Positions 24,253-37,500 of a stretch of 64,000 bases of DNA are shown one piece after another (the stretch's first letter is position 1; each line of letters begins with the position of its first letter). A program made the position numbers and the translations under genes. The notes under the pieces are model-generated. The model saw nothing but the letters and a program-made list of their open reading frames with translations, made no database searches and had not been told where the DNA came from. Origin of the DNA: Mizuhopecten yessoensis (taxonomy: Eukaryota); NCBI RefSeq assembly GCF_002113885.1, contig NW_018407384.1, positions 121,541 to 185,540 of the forward strand, in the 5' to 3' direction.

Positions 24253-25574
24253 CCAACAGATTCCACGCTCTGTAATCCACTGGTGACCCTTACACGGTCA
24301 CCACACTTCTTAAACCAGACATTAGACATTAAAATACTAAAGGTAAATTATGTTAAAGTCTGAGCGGGTTTTGTTCCTAAATTAAACACATTCAGGTACT
24401 CTGCATAAAAAGACAAGACCAAAAGCACCACAACCTGAACAGAACCATGTGTTTTGTAACGGTAAGATTTTTCTCGCCACATATGAAACAACTAAACTTC
24501 TTGTGTCATTACCATGCAAACAGGATGTCCATGATGGCAACATGTTCCTGAAGTGCAAGACCTCTAAAATATTGAAAGGTTTGGTAAAGACAGAAGCATT
24601 AACTGAATGTGTTTCGACTCAGTCTTGTGACAGTTCTATCTGGCTTTCTTTCTGTTTGAAGTTTGGTTTTGGTTTTATTTCTTTAACTCATTCACCCCTG
24701 AAATTTCATAATGAACTATTCCAACCTTTGAATTGGAGGAGTTCAAAAGTGTTTTCAGGGGTCAATGAGTTAAATGTTCTATCAACAGCTAAGGTCATTT
24801 AAGGATGTGTCTGTAGTCGTTTGCTTACCATTGTACTCATCATATCTTTATGTGATAAAAAGAGACAATCCAAATAGTTGTTTTCAGATGTTTTTTTATT
24901 TATCACAGGTGGTAGACTTAAAAAATATCTTACATGTGATGCATATATTACATATAAATAAACAACATTCATACACCTTTATACTGCTCCCTTAACCCTG
25001 AACATATAACCCCCCGGACGGATGCATAAACAGGCAAGTGTGTAACAACATGATCCAGTTTAGTGAATAACCTTTGATCATCAATACTAAATTTGATCAC
25101 AATTCCTAAATTTTCAAATGATGTTTGATAATTACATTCATTGTGTTTATCAGAAATCAATTCTTTGCATTTTGTCAAGAAATTGAACATTCGGAGATAT
25201 ATAAAATTGATAACAAGCATGCTATTATGCATTCTGTTTACAACCAGAACATGTTGGTTGCCTTGTACTAAGTCCAACTGTAAGTAAGTGGGCCATGTGA
25301 CCTGTATACTGACCTGCATACTTACAAGGAAGAGTTAACATAAACTATGATAAAGTACATAGGAATTCTATTTAATCAGAATATGTGACTACAACTGCAT
25401 GTATTTTTTCATTTCCTCTTTTTGTTCTTATAACTACAATTTTTAATTTTATGTTTTTCCTTAACAAATAATCTTCTCTTTTCTAATATTGTAAATTTAT
25501 GACACTTTTCTTCTCAGTGTTGGATTTTCAATTGTCAACTATTGGGACATTCATCCCTCCTCTGATAACACACT

Positions 25575-28500
25575 TCAATCCTCTTCATCAACAAATGCAG
25601 CGTCTGTTGTTCCTGTGGATATAGCTGTCTGTTGCCGGCTCAATCTTTGTTCTGTAAGTATAATAAGTATACACTATAGATTTATCCTATACCTTCTTAC
25701 ATGTTATGTAATAACACCATTGTATTATATCACAATTAAAACAATAGACACGATGTCAAAATGGTGTGTTAAAGTTTAAAACTTGGCAAAGGTCTTACCT
25801 GTTCAAATTTGATAATGTGCTTAAATTTGAGTGCCCTAAAATAATTATGTTTACAGTGTGTGCCAACTCTGAAACCGCCAATGAAGATTTCTCCTTCATT
25901 TGATCAATATTTCAAATTAGGGAGAGAGTGTGACATCTAAGGAATAGGAGGGGAAAATACTGTCTTACTGGCAAGCTAGCTTTCCAGTGATGCGGTATAA
26001 CCTTGGGGACCCGCTCACTAGCAAAGCAACATCGAGCGTGGTCAGTAGTTGGAGGGGTGACCGCCCGCACGTTACAAAACTAATGCGCAACATTTTTCAC
26101 TTAATAACTTCAAAAGCTACAATGTTTGTTTTACACACAGGTAATATCAGTTATATATCTCCTATAGCAACTGGGAGATTATTTGTCCCAAGGATGTGTC
26201 TTGAGTATCAGCTAGCTTTAATTGAAATGATGATATTCAAAGGGAGTTTTCTAAAGTTTGGTTAAGTCAATGGAAACAAGTTATACAAATATCTAATTTT
26301 AATTAAAACAAATACATGTCCTAGGCTTGATTATTAAATTGATATTTAAATAACATATTAAAATGGAAATGATGATACAATATACTGCTATAATTTTTAA
26401 ATGTTTATATGGATTTCTTACATTGAATTATGGTAATGACTTGTCTAGTTTCAATTTCTAATTCTAAAACTTTAGATACCACTATAAAGATGGTGAGAAT
26501 CTGTTTGCTGAACTCTACAGTGCAAGTGTCTGGTATACTAAACAGTAATGAACAGTAATCAAATCACACATGCAATATACCATCCTTTCTACCCGTACCT
26601 TGTTAGGTCATTATATTATAAAGGAAAATCAAGTTGTTCAAGTATACCTTGGCCCTTGGTATGATATTTCTAAATAAAGCTGGTGACACAGTCTATGTCT
26701 TAATAAACAGCAGTACAGCCAATGCTGACTCTTTCTTTACACACAGTTCCTGTATTGCGTTTTCTAAATCTATGTGATCAAGCTTAGATTATATACATAT
26801 AGTTTTATTTCATTTAACTGATCAAATTAAGTCACTTCAGTAGTAAGATCACACAGTACACTTTCTTCATCTAGAAATCACAACCATAATGTTATGTTAT
26901 GTATTTAATCATGATTAATGAAATCTCTCAACAGTTTCAATTTTTAAACATTAGCATGCATTAATTTATCAATTAAAGCAAATAAATATGTATTTGAGTT
27001 CAATGCCATGCATTACTGAGTGACACCTAAAAATCATTCAACATAACAAAGCCTGCCATTCCTCCTGTCAGTAAATTATAAGCCAACCACACCATTAATA
27101 TTTCCTAGTCCTCAAAAACAGCCAACTAGCTAGGACAGAAATCTTGTCATTCCTGTCAGTAAATTATAAGCCAGTCACACCATTGTTTCCTGATCCTTGA
27201 CTAGAGCCGACTATCTCAGCAATCTCGGGAAGTGTGTATGATTCAATTCTCACAAAGTATCGAAAATATCAAGGAATAATATGGATTCACTGTATTGCAC
27301 TCATATTTCAATGCTTAAGTTTCACAAAATTTCCAAAAAAGAAAATTTAAATCCGTCAGATTTATGCCTGTCTGATACAGAGTTAAGGATTACTGGCTTA
27401 AACTGGCAATGCATGAAATTCAAACTCCACGAATATGTTCCAGGAATAAAACAGCCAAATTTTGAAGCTGCTAAATTAAAGGGCTATACATTACAATTTT
27501 TTTTAATAAAGTTATGTAAAAAAAATATAGAGACCCATTATTTAAGATGTATTGCGAGTACATTTCCTTTTTGTAAATATTAGACCAGGTGATATAACTG
27601 TACAAAGAGAGAGAATTAATCACACTTCCCAGATGGCTGTTAGCCCAGTGAGTGTCACACCCTGTAAAGTACTGTTACTTACTATTTCTCTGTAACATAC
27701 ATATAAAGTAAATAAGTACCATCAAGTGTCAGCTATACATCAAATAATTCCAGAGTTATACATTGGTATTAAATAAAGAGTACTGATACAACCCTAGTTT
27801 TTCATTACAATTGAAATACAATTTGCATTGAGAGAAGCTGAATGGTGAAGTGACATTTCTGTATTTCTCATAGGTAAAATAACATTTGACATAAATAGAT
27901 TTGACCCATATTTGTAAATATGTAGTTATCAAGACTTCTTCTTAACCTTTGGGTAGAAGAATTAAAAGTATATTACCTGGAGGCGGAGTCTTGTCCCGGG
28001 TTCCTTCCTCTGGAGCAGCCCTGTAGTGCAGAACACAAAGTGTTATATGTCAAACATTCTAACGTTGTCAGAAAGGGTCCCTCAAAATTGCAAATTAAAA
28101 CTGCTGTTCTCAATTTCTGGGAGTCAAGTAATTTGATTTTTTAATGTGATGTAAATATTGTGATCTTTCAACATTCTTATCTAAAAACATAATATATAGT
28201 TTGACATATGAGAAATATATTGTCAAAAGCGACCCTCTATGTATTACTTACTGTTTCTTTCCTTCCTCTCCCTCTTCACCCTCCTCCTCATCATTAGCCC
28301 CTAAGGGAGTCAGGGTCTTCTCATTAAACAAGCTAAGGGCTTCACCAATTATTCCAATTCTGTAAGGAATCAATATCATATTATAAGAAAAACTTACTCT
28401 AATTCATGTTAATTATAATAAATGATGCTCTGATCTTGAAATTAATGTTGTGCTAATTCTATTAAGTGCCAAAGGGCTAATGATTTACACCAATACCAAC

Positions 28501-31500
28501 AGATCATTTTATTATCTTGACCCTTTGTCTTACATACTGACATATCGCAAACAACTGAAATCCAACATTTTGCTGTCAATGTGCAATATGAAGAAAATTT
28601 TAGTTACCATCTGATTCACCTATTTCTTTTATCATCTCGTGAGCTGTTGCAAGAGTTGCACATTAATGTTTCATTAATTGATACCCGGCAGTTAGTACAG
28701 TAAGTAACCATTACACTCTTAAAACATTGACTACTTACTTAAATGTTTTCTTTTCTATAAAGAAATCATCTCCAAACATGTCTCCATCATCCGCCTCCTC
28801 TGTCTCAGGCTCCCGTCCCTTTTTAGACAGTGAACTATCAAAGAACAAAACCAAGAGAAATAACTGATGTATGATTGATTGCTACTGTTAACAAACATGT
28901 TACAGTGACAAGTTATGATGACCTCATTAAAACTTCATACAAAATCATTGAAAAGGGAATCTTTTTTCATCTTGATTAAAAGTGAGATAAGTTTTGTCAA
29001 ATTTGGTACAGAACAATATAGAAAAGGTCCAAGTGACTGTAGATGCTTACTTAGGTGACAAAGCTCCTCTCCTTCTGAACAACCAGTTGGCCTCCTCTTT
29101 AGGGGACGGTAAAATGGCTACAATGGCTGGGGATCTCTGACTGTTATACACAAATAAACCAGGGTTTGAATTTAAGGTTCATTGAAAACACTGATTTTTA
29201 CAATAGATATAAAGAAATCTCTATTATTTCATCAATCTAATAATTTTGCAACCCTATAAAATCTTTACTGCTAAAATACTTTAGAATGGTTTTGTAAGAC
29301 GAAAGTTAACCTGCGGCCCATTTAACTTACTTTATAATGGTTTTGTAGGACAAGAGTAAACCAGGGCTGATACATATTACCTTATAATGATTCTGTAAGA
29401 TAGGATGATAACCTGGGGCCCATTCTACTTACTTTATAATAGTTTTGATGGCTGGTCTTTTCCTGTACAACAGAAAATTACTTCATATCATAGTCAATAA
29501 AATCAAATACAACAGCCACATATAATCTTTTACATTAAATATTTCAAATTTTCCCTTCTGAAAGTTCCTGATTACAAATATAAATAAACTGTTATGTTAA
29601 GCCTGTCAATAATGCCTACCCAAAATAGCTTTGTTATATCACATGTTAAATAATACTGTAGAATATCTAATTCTCCACATTGTGACATACCTTCATGATG
29701 TAACCAGCATCAAACCTGGATGTATTTGATATTCAAAGTCAAACTATAAACTATAATATCGCACATATATGCACCTCAAAAACATAACAGGTAAAATTAA
29801 TTGTTTTTTTTAGAAAATTCAATATCAAGTCATCACCCATCCATGAATTATACAATCACATGACTATAGTCTATAATTTAAATCACAATAAACCTTCCGA
29901 GTAACCCTGATTATAACAGTCCCCCGTAAGCTACTTACGGCTGTAATCTCCGGTACTCCGCCGGCGTCATCTTACTTATGGCCCCTGTAGGTTGCTCCTC
30001 TTTTATTTCGCTGCTTTCATCTTTCTCATCTCTATTGATGAACTGCTTTCTGAACCTCCTAAACTTCTTATTCTTGGCATCTCTTAATGCTTAGGAATAA
30101 AAATCAGTTATATTGTAAGGGAAGTAAGAAAGGCAGCAAAACTTACCTAATTAAAGATAAATACTGTCAAATTATAATTAAGATTTGCTGTGAAATTAGT
30201 GGAATTTACATAATACAATACACATGTATTGATAAAAACTTATTTAAGTTTAACATACATGATGCATGTTCAGACTTTAACACTTCACCAAGGAAGGCTA
30301 CTTTCAATTTTAATTTCAACAAATTTTATTGACAATATAAGCAATAGTCAATAGGATCAGACATCAGGCATAGTCTATCTAAGTCCTCTCCTTAGGAAGG
30401 CTACTTCTATCATGAATGCTCACATAGAAGAAACAATAAAGACAAGGCAAGAAATACTCACCAGCAGCGATTTTATGGTAACTCACAGCTAGAATAGAGA
30501 AAACAAGTACATAATTAGTGAAAGTTTTAGCTTCCAATGATAAACATATGCAAGCAACATTTTTTTTCTTTTCATTAAGTTAACTAGAAAGAAAATTTTA
30601 TTGAAAATTTTACAAAATCTGTAAACAGCACCCATAAGAATACAGAAAATACTGTCACATATTGTACCCTCTTAATCCCACTGAAACACAGGTAATGCTT
30701 CCTAAACAGTACAGTGAGGCAGGATTAACCTGTAAACCGACCGGGAGAATTGGGATCTCCGCCTCTATTACCTTCTCCCTTGTTATCCTTCCTCTACATA
30801 TATATATATACTTTATCCCTTCTCTTCTTCATCTTCCTATCTTTTCTCATCTGCTGACAACAGACGTCAAAGTTGAACCGAGATTGGTCAGATACCCTTT
30901 GTTAACCATCCCATTAAACCATATCTTGTTCTCACCTTGTCGCCCCTCCGGTAACTTCTTCACTTGCTTGGCAGGATTGAATGTGTCAGATCTTAAAATT
31001 CTAAAGAAAAGATTAAATAAAATTAATGAAATCATCTCAGGATGATATCAATACTTGGAGCCTGTCAGTGTACTATTTATTTTCAGGGGGAAAACCCTCT
31101 GAAAATGGCCACTTTTGTTACGTTTACAACTGATTTATCATTTATCAATGATCCTATACAATGACGTTTTCTGTAGGATGCTTCCAACATCTATCTGTAG
31201 GCTGTACTATGGAAATGTATATATATGTACTATGTTAATTAATTCTACATAAACTGTTATATGTCAAAATTGTTAACTCTATCATATTTTATTGATTCCA
31301 TAGTGTTATTACCAGTTAATCCTGGTACAAGAAGCAACTGTTAAATTTCAAATTGTTATAAATATAAAAGTAAGGATGAACTGTTTATTTTACCTGCCAA
31401 TCTCCTTTTTGATGACTGTGAAGTCCTTTCTCCTGAAGGATATGTGGACAGCATACGCACAGAAGGAGTATAGAGTCTACAACGTAAGCAACAATCGTAT

Positions 31501-34500
31501 GTACACGATCCAACAAATACAAATCACTCCATATCAAATGGTTACACATATATTTATGCTGCAGATATTTGTTGTCTTTTTGAAAAGTTCATTTTATAAC
31601 CAGAACCACATGGCGAGGTTTTAATTTTGCAAATCTCTGATAGTGTAAAACACTGTATTCTTTAGACAAACAAACAGATTTCATTTATGTTCTAATGTAT
31701 TGTTTTTATGGATAACATTGTTAATTCAACATCAACCTCCAACTATAGGTACAGAGGTTGTTTTTTTTCATTTTTTTCTCTCAAGTTGTAAAACACCAAG
31801 ATCAACTAGAGCATCAAGATCATCGAGGTCACTGACAGCACCTCCATCACTGAGATCACAAGGATCACAAAGATCACAGAGAGCACCAAGATCATTGAGG
31901 TCACTGACAGCACCTCCATCACTGAGATCACAAGGATCACAAAGATCACAGAGAGCACCGAGATCATTGAGGTCACTGACAGCACCTCCATCACAAAGAT
32001 CACAAGGATCACAAAGATCACAGAGAGCACCGAGATCATTGAGGTCACTGACAGCACCTCCATCACTTAGATCACAAGGATCACAAAGATCACAGAGAGC
32101 ACCGAGATCATTGAGGTCACTGACAGCACCTCCATCACAAAGATCACAAGGATCACAAAGATCACAGAGAGCACCGAGATCATTGAGGTCACTGACAGCA
32201 CCTTAATCACTGAGATCACAAGGATCACAAATATCACAGAGAGCACCAAGATCATTGAGGTCACTGAAAGCACCTCCATCACTGAGATCACAAGGATCAC
32301 AAAGATCACAGAGAGCACCGAGATCATTGAGGTCACTGACAGCACCTTCATCACTGAGATCACAAGGATCACAAAGATCACAGAGAGCATCAAGGGCACA
32401 CTGTTCAATATGTAAAATGACATTTCATGTATAGCCTTTAATTTCACCAGGTGAAGCTTTCAAGGACCAAAGCAGTTAAGTAATATGGAGCTAGAAATTA
32501 GTATGGGTGACTCACCTCAAACATACCCCTATCCTTGAGTGTAGATGATACTCTAGATCTGTAACAAAAGTTAAAACAGGTTTTAATTAAGCCACTAAAA
32601 GTGATCAGTACTTCATGATGAATTATTATTAATTTGCATTTTGAAAAAATATGGAGAGAGCAGCATAAATATGTAGTGTCATGGTATTCTAAAGATACAT
32701 TACGTTAAAGTATACTCATAGTATGCTAAAACTCATCCTGTACCTATCTATGGCTATGTCTATTAGTCATAGTTATGGTTAACCATTACAGTTTCCAGTA
32801 AAAGGACAATAACTTTATCTACATTGAACCCTATTGTAATTTGTTCATGTTTTAAGTTCACTTCCTGTTATGGTCTAAGCTTTCCTTGTTTTCCATGCTT
32901 TATGTCAAATCTGTTTTTCCCGGGGTAAATGTATTTGTACTTTCGAGATAATTCAACATCCTCTGGGAAATTGTTCTGTAGTTTCAAATTCGAATAATGA
33001 AATGGTTGCTTCTGTCCGGGATTTTTGTTGTCAGAAGATCATTTAAGGAGTGAACACTTTTGCAATATGGTGCTTAAACATGTGCATCTTTCAAAAGCTT
33101 TTGATTCCTGTTATATCAAAAAAAAAAAATGTGCATAGTTCAATTGTTTTCCTTATTTATAGACCCCCTAATCTTTCAAAATGTTGTATCATATTATTTA
33201 TCGTTATTCACTTATTGCTATGGATGATAAAACTAACAAATCATTGTTTTGATCCAATAAATAATTCTTGTCTCAACCATGTTGTGAAAATGTCAAACAC
33301 TAAAATAGACAATCGTCATAGCTTGGTTTTATTTTGTTTAACGTCCTATTAACAGCTTCAGGATGTGACAATAGGCAGTGCTCTATGTGACGCAGCACCC
33401 TGTAGTGAGACCTACCTTCCACAGGCCATGTGGTGGTGGTCCTCCAACCCCAAACCCAACTCCAGCACACAATAGGCCTGTCCCAGCAATTTCTCCGTTG
33501 ATCCAATCTTCACAAGTGATTCCTCAAATGCCTTCTTCTCAGACAGACTAGGTTCACTAAGATACACAAAAGCACTATCAATAAATACAGTACAGGGCAA
33601 CTCACAGTTGATCCTATTTCTCCTTCCTTATGAAACATCATGCATAGAAAAATATTTAGATATCTATATTGATCAGAAATAAAACTTGATGTATAATACA
33701 GATATATCCAATTTTACCTTTTCAATCTGTGAAATTATACATTGTTGTCAATTAAAAGTGGAGTTGGTACCTAGGACTTAATAACCAGATTAATTCTATA
33801 TAACTTGTTTGTCCAAAAACAAATTACTTGTGTTTCCAGCTATCATCCACAGAAAAAATAGGGAAGGTAGGCAGGCCTTTTTTTTTTAAAAATTTTGGTA
33901 AATATTTTTACTATGCCTTTATAGAGTAGGAGTTCTGAACTTACCAGTGCATATATCACTGGATGAGTCCATTATGGTCTACAGTGGTGAAAGGGTTAAG
34001 TACATTTTTGTATGGAAATATTAGTAGGCTAACAACCAACTCCAAAATGAGTTACTCGTTCTAACAACGTCACTTTATCACTCCCGTATATCTTACTGTG
34101 GTGTGTTGTTATATCTTACATGTAGGTAGTGGTGTTGATTTTGTGTTCCTGGAGCAACTTGTCAAAAAAACAGTGGAAATAGTTGAGTAGATGCATCAGG
34201 AACAGGTCAAACTCATCCGTACTGAAAAACACAAAGGTCAAAACTATATACTGAAAAGACAGAAAAGGTCAAACTCAAGTAATGAAAGACATAATGATCA
34301 AACTCATCTGTACTGCAAAACTAGAGCAGTTTAACTCATCTATAAGCACTGACAAACAGGAAAAGACAAATGTATACCTCCTGGTAAACGAAAAAGCCTA
34401 AAAGGTCAAACTTAATCATCTGTACGGAAAAACACAAAAGGTTTTTATATGGACTGAAAAACAACCCTCAATTATACAAAATTGTATTTCCTTGGCTCAG

Positions 34501-37500
34501 GGATGTTTCTTCCACTGTGCTTGACTAAAAGTTTTTTAAAGGCTTTGACACAAGGTGCTGTATATATCTACCATGCTTCACTTGGCTGTTCAGGAGATCT
34601 AGAGGGGACCGAAGAAGTAAACCAAGTTTTTGTAAACAAGTTTTTGCCTGTCTTCAAAGACTGATAGAAGTAAGGTGCCTTGCTAATAGTTTGGAAATAC
34701 AAGACAATATCTAAATAACATGATTCATGAATTGGTATTCCCAAATATTGAAATCACAATTGGTACATAGTTAAATTTAAAGACTTACTTGAGAATGCCT
34801 TCAAATGTTTCAGAAATCCCATCAGCGTTTTGTACAGACAGCATGCTGAGTGCCACAGCTACAATAAAATCAAACAAGTTTAGAACAGCTACAATAAAAT
34901 CAAACAAATTTGGTACAGCTACAATAAAATCAAACAAATTTGGTACAGCTACAATAAAATCAAACAAATTTGGTACAGCTATAAAAGAGTTTCTTTGAAA
35001 TAGCCATAATAGTATACCCAAAAGAACAATATTCAAAGCCATACATTGAAGACAGAGGTCAGAAAGGTCATATATACAATGAAGATTTGACAGTACACAA
35101 AACTGTACACCAATTTGAGTTACAGCTCGTTATCTTTACCAGTGGTTATCTTGAATTTCAGGAACCTGATGATATATGGCCTTATTCAGGTACTATAAAA
35201 GATATTTACAAAATACTATTTTCCAAGAAAATGATATTACAATAACCTTCTTGTTCTACTTTTAGTAACAGTGACCTTGACCTAAAGTTGTTCCTATAAC
35301 AGATATACAGAGAACTACCATATACAATTTCAGAAATTCTGAGGTAACTTAGACAAGAGGGTATACTTCTTCCAATATATGTCGTGATTTTGGCATTATT
35401 GTCTTCATATTAACAAAAATAAATTTGAAAAAAAACATGTCTGTAGTTATGTGAACAAAACAATCAATTATGGACTTTTGTTTAAATGAATATGTGGTTA
35501 TATGGACCTGAGAAAGTAATACACTATATTAACTTAGACGAACTCAAGGTCAATATCACTTTCTCAGGTCCATATCAATTATCATACCAAAATAAAAGTC
35601 TTTGATTATCATATTAGATTCTAAATTTCATTAAAAAGATGGAACATATGAAAATTGTACAGAGGAAAGAACTGCATTTGACCAAAAGCATTGTGACGTC
35701 ACAATTGAAAAGACATTTTTTTTTTTATTAACCTACTGTTTCTAAAAATAGTAAGATTAGGTCAATATTACAAAACACCAAGATCCACATGATTATGATC
35801 CAACCAATAAGAATGTAGGAAAAAATGTGGCATCTAATAAGTACATGTATTGGTGCATTAACGTTGGGTAATCCGTTCTGAGTAAATAAATGGCGGTATG
35901 CGGGTTTGGTGGTTTAAGGGGTGGCATAACAACGGGGTTTTACTGTATATAACATAACACAGCGGTCATGTGATAAATATAACATAACACAGTAGTAATG
36001 TGATAAATATAACATATAACACAGTAGTCATGTGATAATTATAACATAACACAGTATTCATGTGATAATTATAACATAACACAGTAAGAGTCATGTGATA
36101 AAAAAAACATAACACAGTAGTCATGTGATAAATATAACACAGTAGTCATGTGATAAATATAACATAACACAGTAGTCATGTGATAAATATAACATACATT
36201 GTAACACAGTAGTCATGTGATAAATATAACATATATACATTGTAACACAGTAGTCATGTGATAAATATAACATAACACAGTAGTCATGTGATAAATATAA
36301 CAACACAGTGGTCATGTGATAAATATAACATAACACAGTAGTCATGTGATAAATATAACATAACACAGTGGTCATGTGATAAATATAACATAACACACTT
36401 AGTCATTTGATGTATTACATAATATGTAGTCATGTAATAAATGGGCAAATATATATCAATAGATATATGGATTGTCACTATAGACAGTGATCGGACATTT
36501 ACAGACTACAAGTCTATAATGGTTATTTTGTCTTACTTTTGACATAGTCAAGTGTAACGGTTGATTGATTGTTTTTCAGCTTTAAAGTTGGATGGGGAGA
36601 TTTGGCCTGGTTGCCTTTCTGACTGCGGCCCCTTATTCCTGGCTTCGCAACACTAGATGCAACTCTATACCAGTAACAAAGAAACATGAAATAGTGTTTT
36701 TATGCATAAAACTTTCATGCCAAAAATGCTCAAAAAAATCCATGACCCACTAATTAAAATATAGGTTTTGATTTTTTTACTCAATATTATATTGGATTAA
36801 ATTGTCATCTAATATATAATAATAATTATATTTAATGATTTTTTTTCCCACAGAAAGATAGCTATTATTCTGCACAACATTGATAGCATATCAAAGTTCT
36901 TGGTGCTTATGTCAAATGTAACAGTAAACTGTTTTTTCCCCACAAATTTTCTTGTTAGATTACAAAGACAATTTTTTCTTTACCTGTCCATTTTTTTATT
37001 TCCTTCCTTTGCTCTTCGCCGTTTGTCTTGTCTGTCAGCATTTGGATTATTACTGCAACACAGAAAAGTCAACTAAGTTAGTTTGGACTTGAACAGGTCA
37101 TATTTTTTTACAAACAAAGTAAAATCAAATGAGAAAGTGTTTGAATCACTCAAAAATAGAAGATTGAGAAAATTTTCTTAAAAATAGAAGGCTATTTGTA
37201 TGCTTGGTAAGGTGATGCAATTGCTAGTGCACTCAGCCTTTCACCAAGGTGCCAAGATTGTCACAGCCTGGGTTTTCTCTAGGTGCTTCTGTTTGCCCTG
37301 TATACATATGTCGGGACAGCAAGACTGACAGATTCGTCAGATTAATACTATTTGAAAAATTGCCCTATTTCATTTTGTTGTAAAATACAGATAATTTCCT
37401 TATATTGACAAATTTTCAATTGGGATCTGTTCAATGTTTCAGAAAACATCAAATGAAATAAAAGTAAAATGAAAATAAAATAAAGCCAAGGTTCTGGCGA

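Noticed and set aside
30730-30853. Purine-rich exon-like stretches in PPP1R36 intron 10
   Set aside because: Available acceptors give in-frame stops with the phase-1 upstream donor.
31700-32447. 168-aa SR-rich ORF and antisense hydrophobic ORFs
   Set aside because: Produced by a 72-bp tandem repeat inside a PPP1R36 intron; one frame is broken by a stop.
37205-37300. Degenerate tRNA-derived V-SINE-like fragment (GGGTTTTCTCTAGGTGCTTCTGTTT)
   Set aside because: Too decayed to call without a database search.
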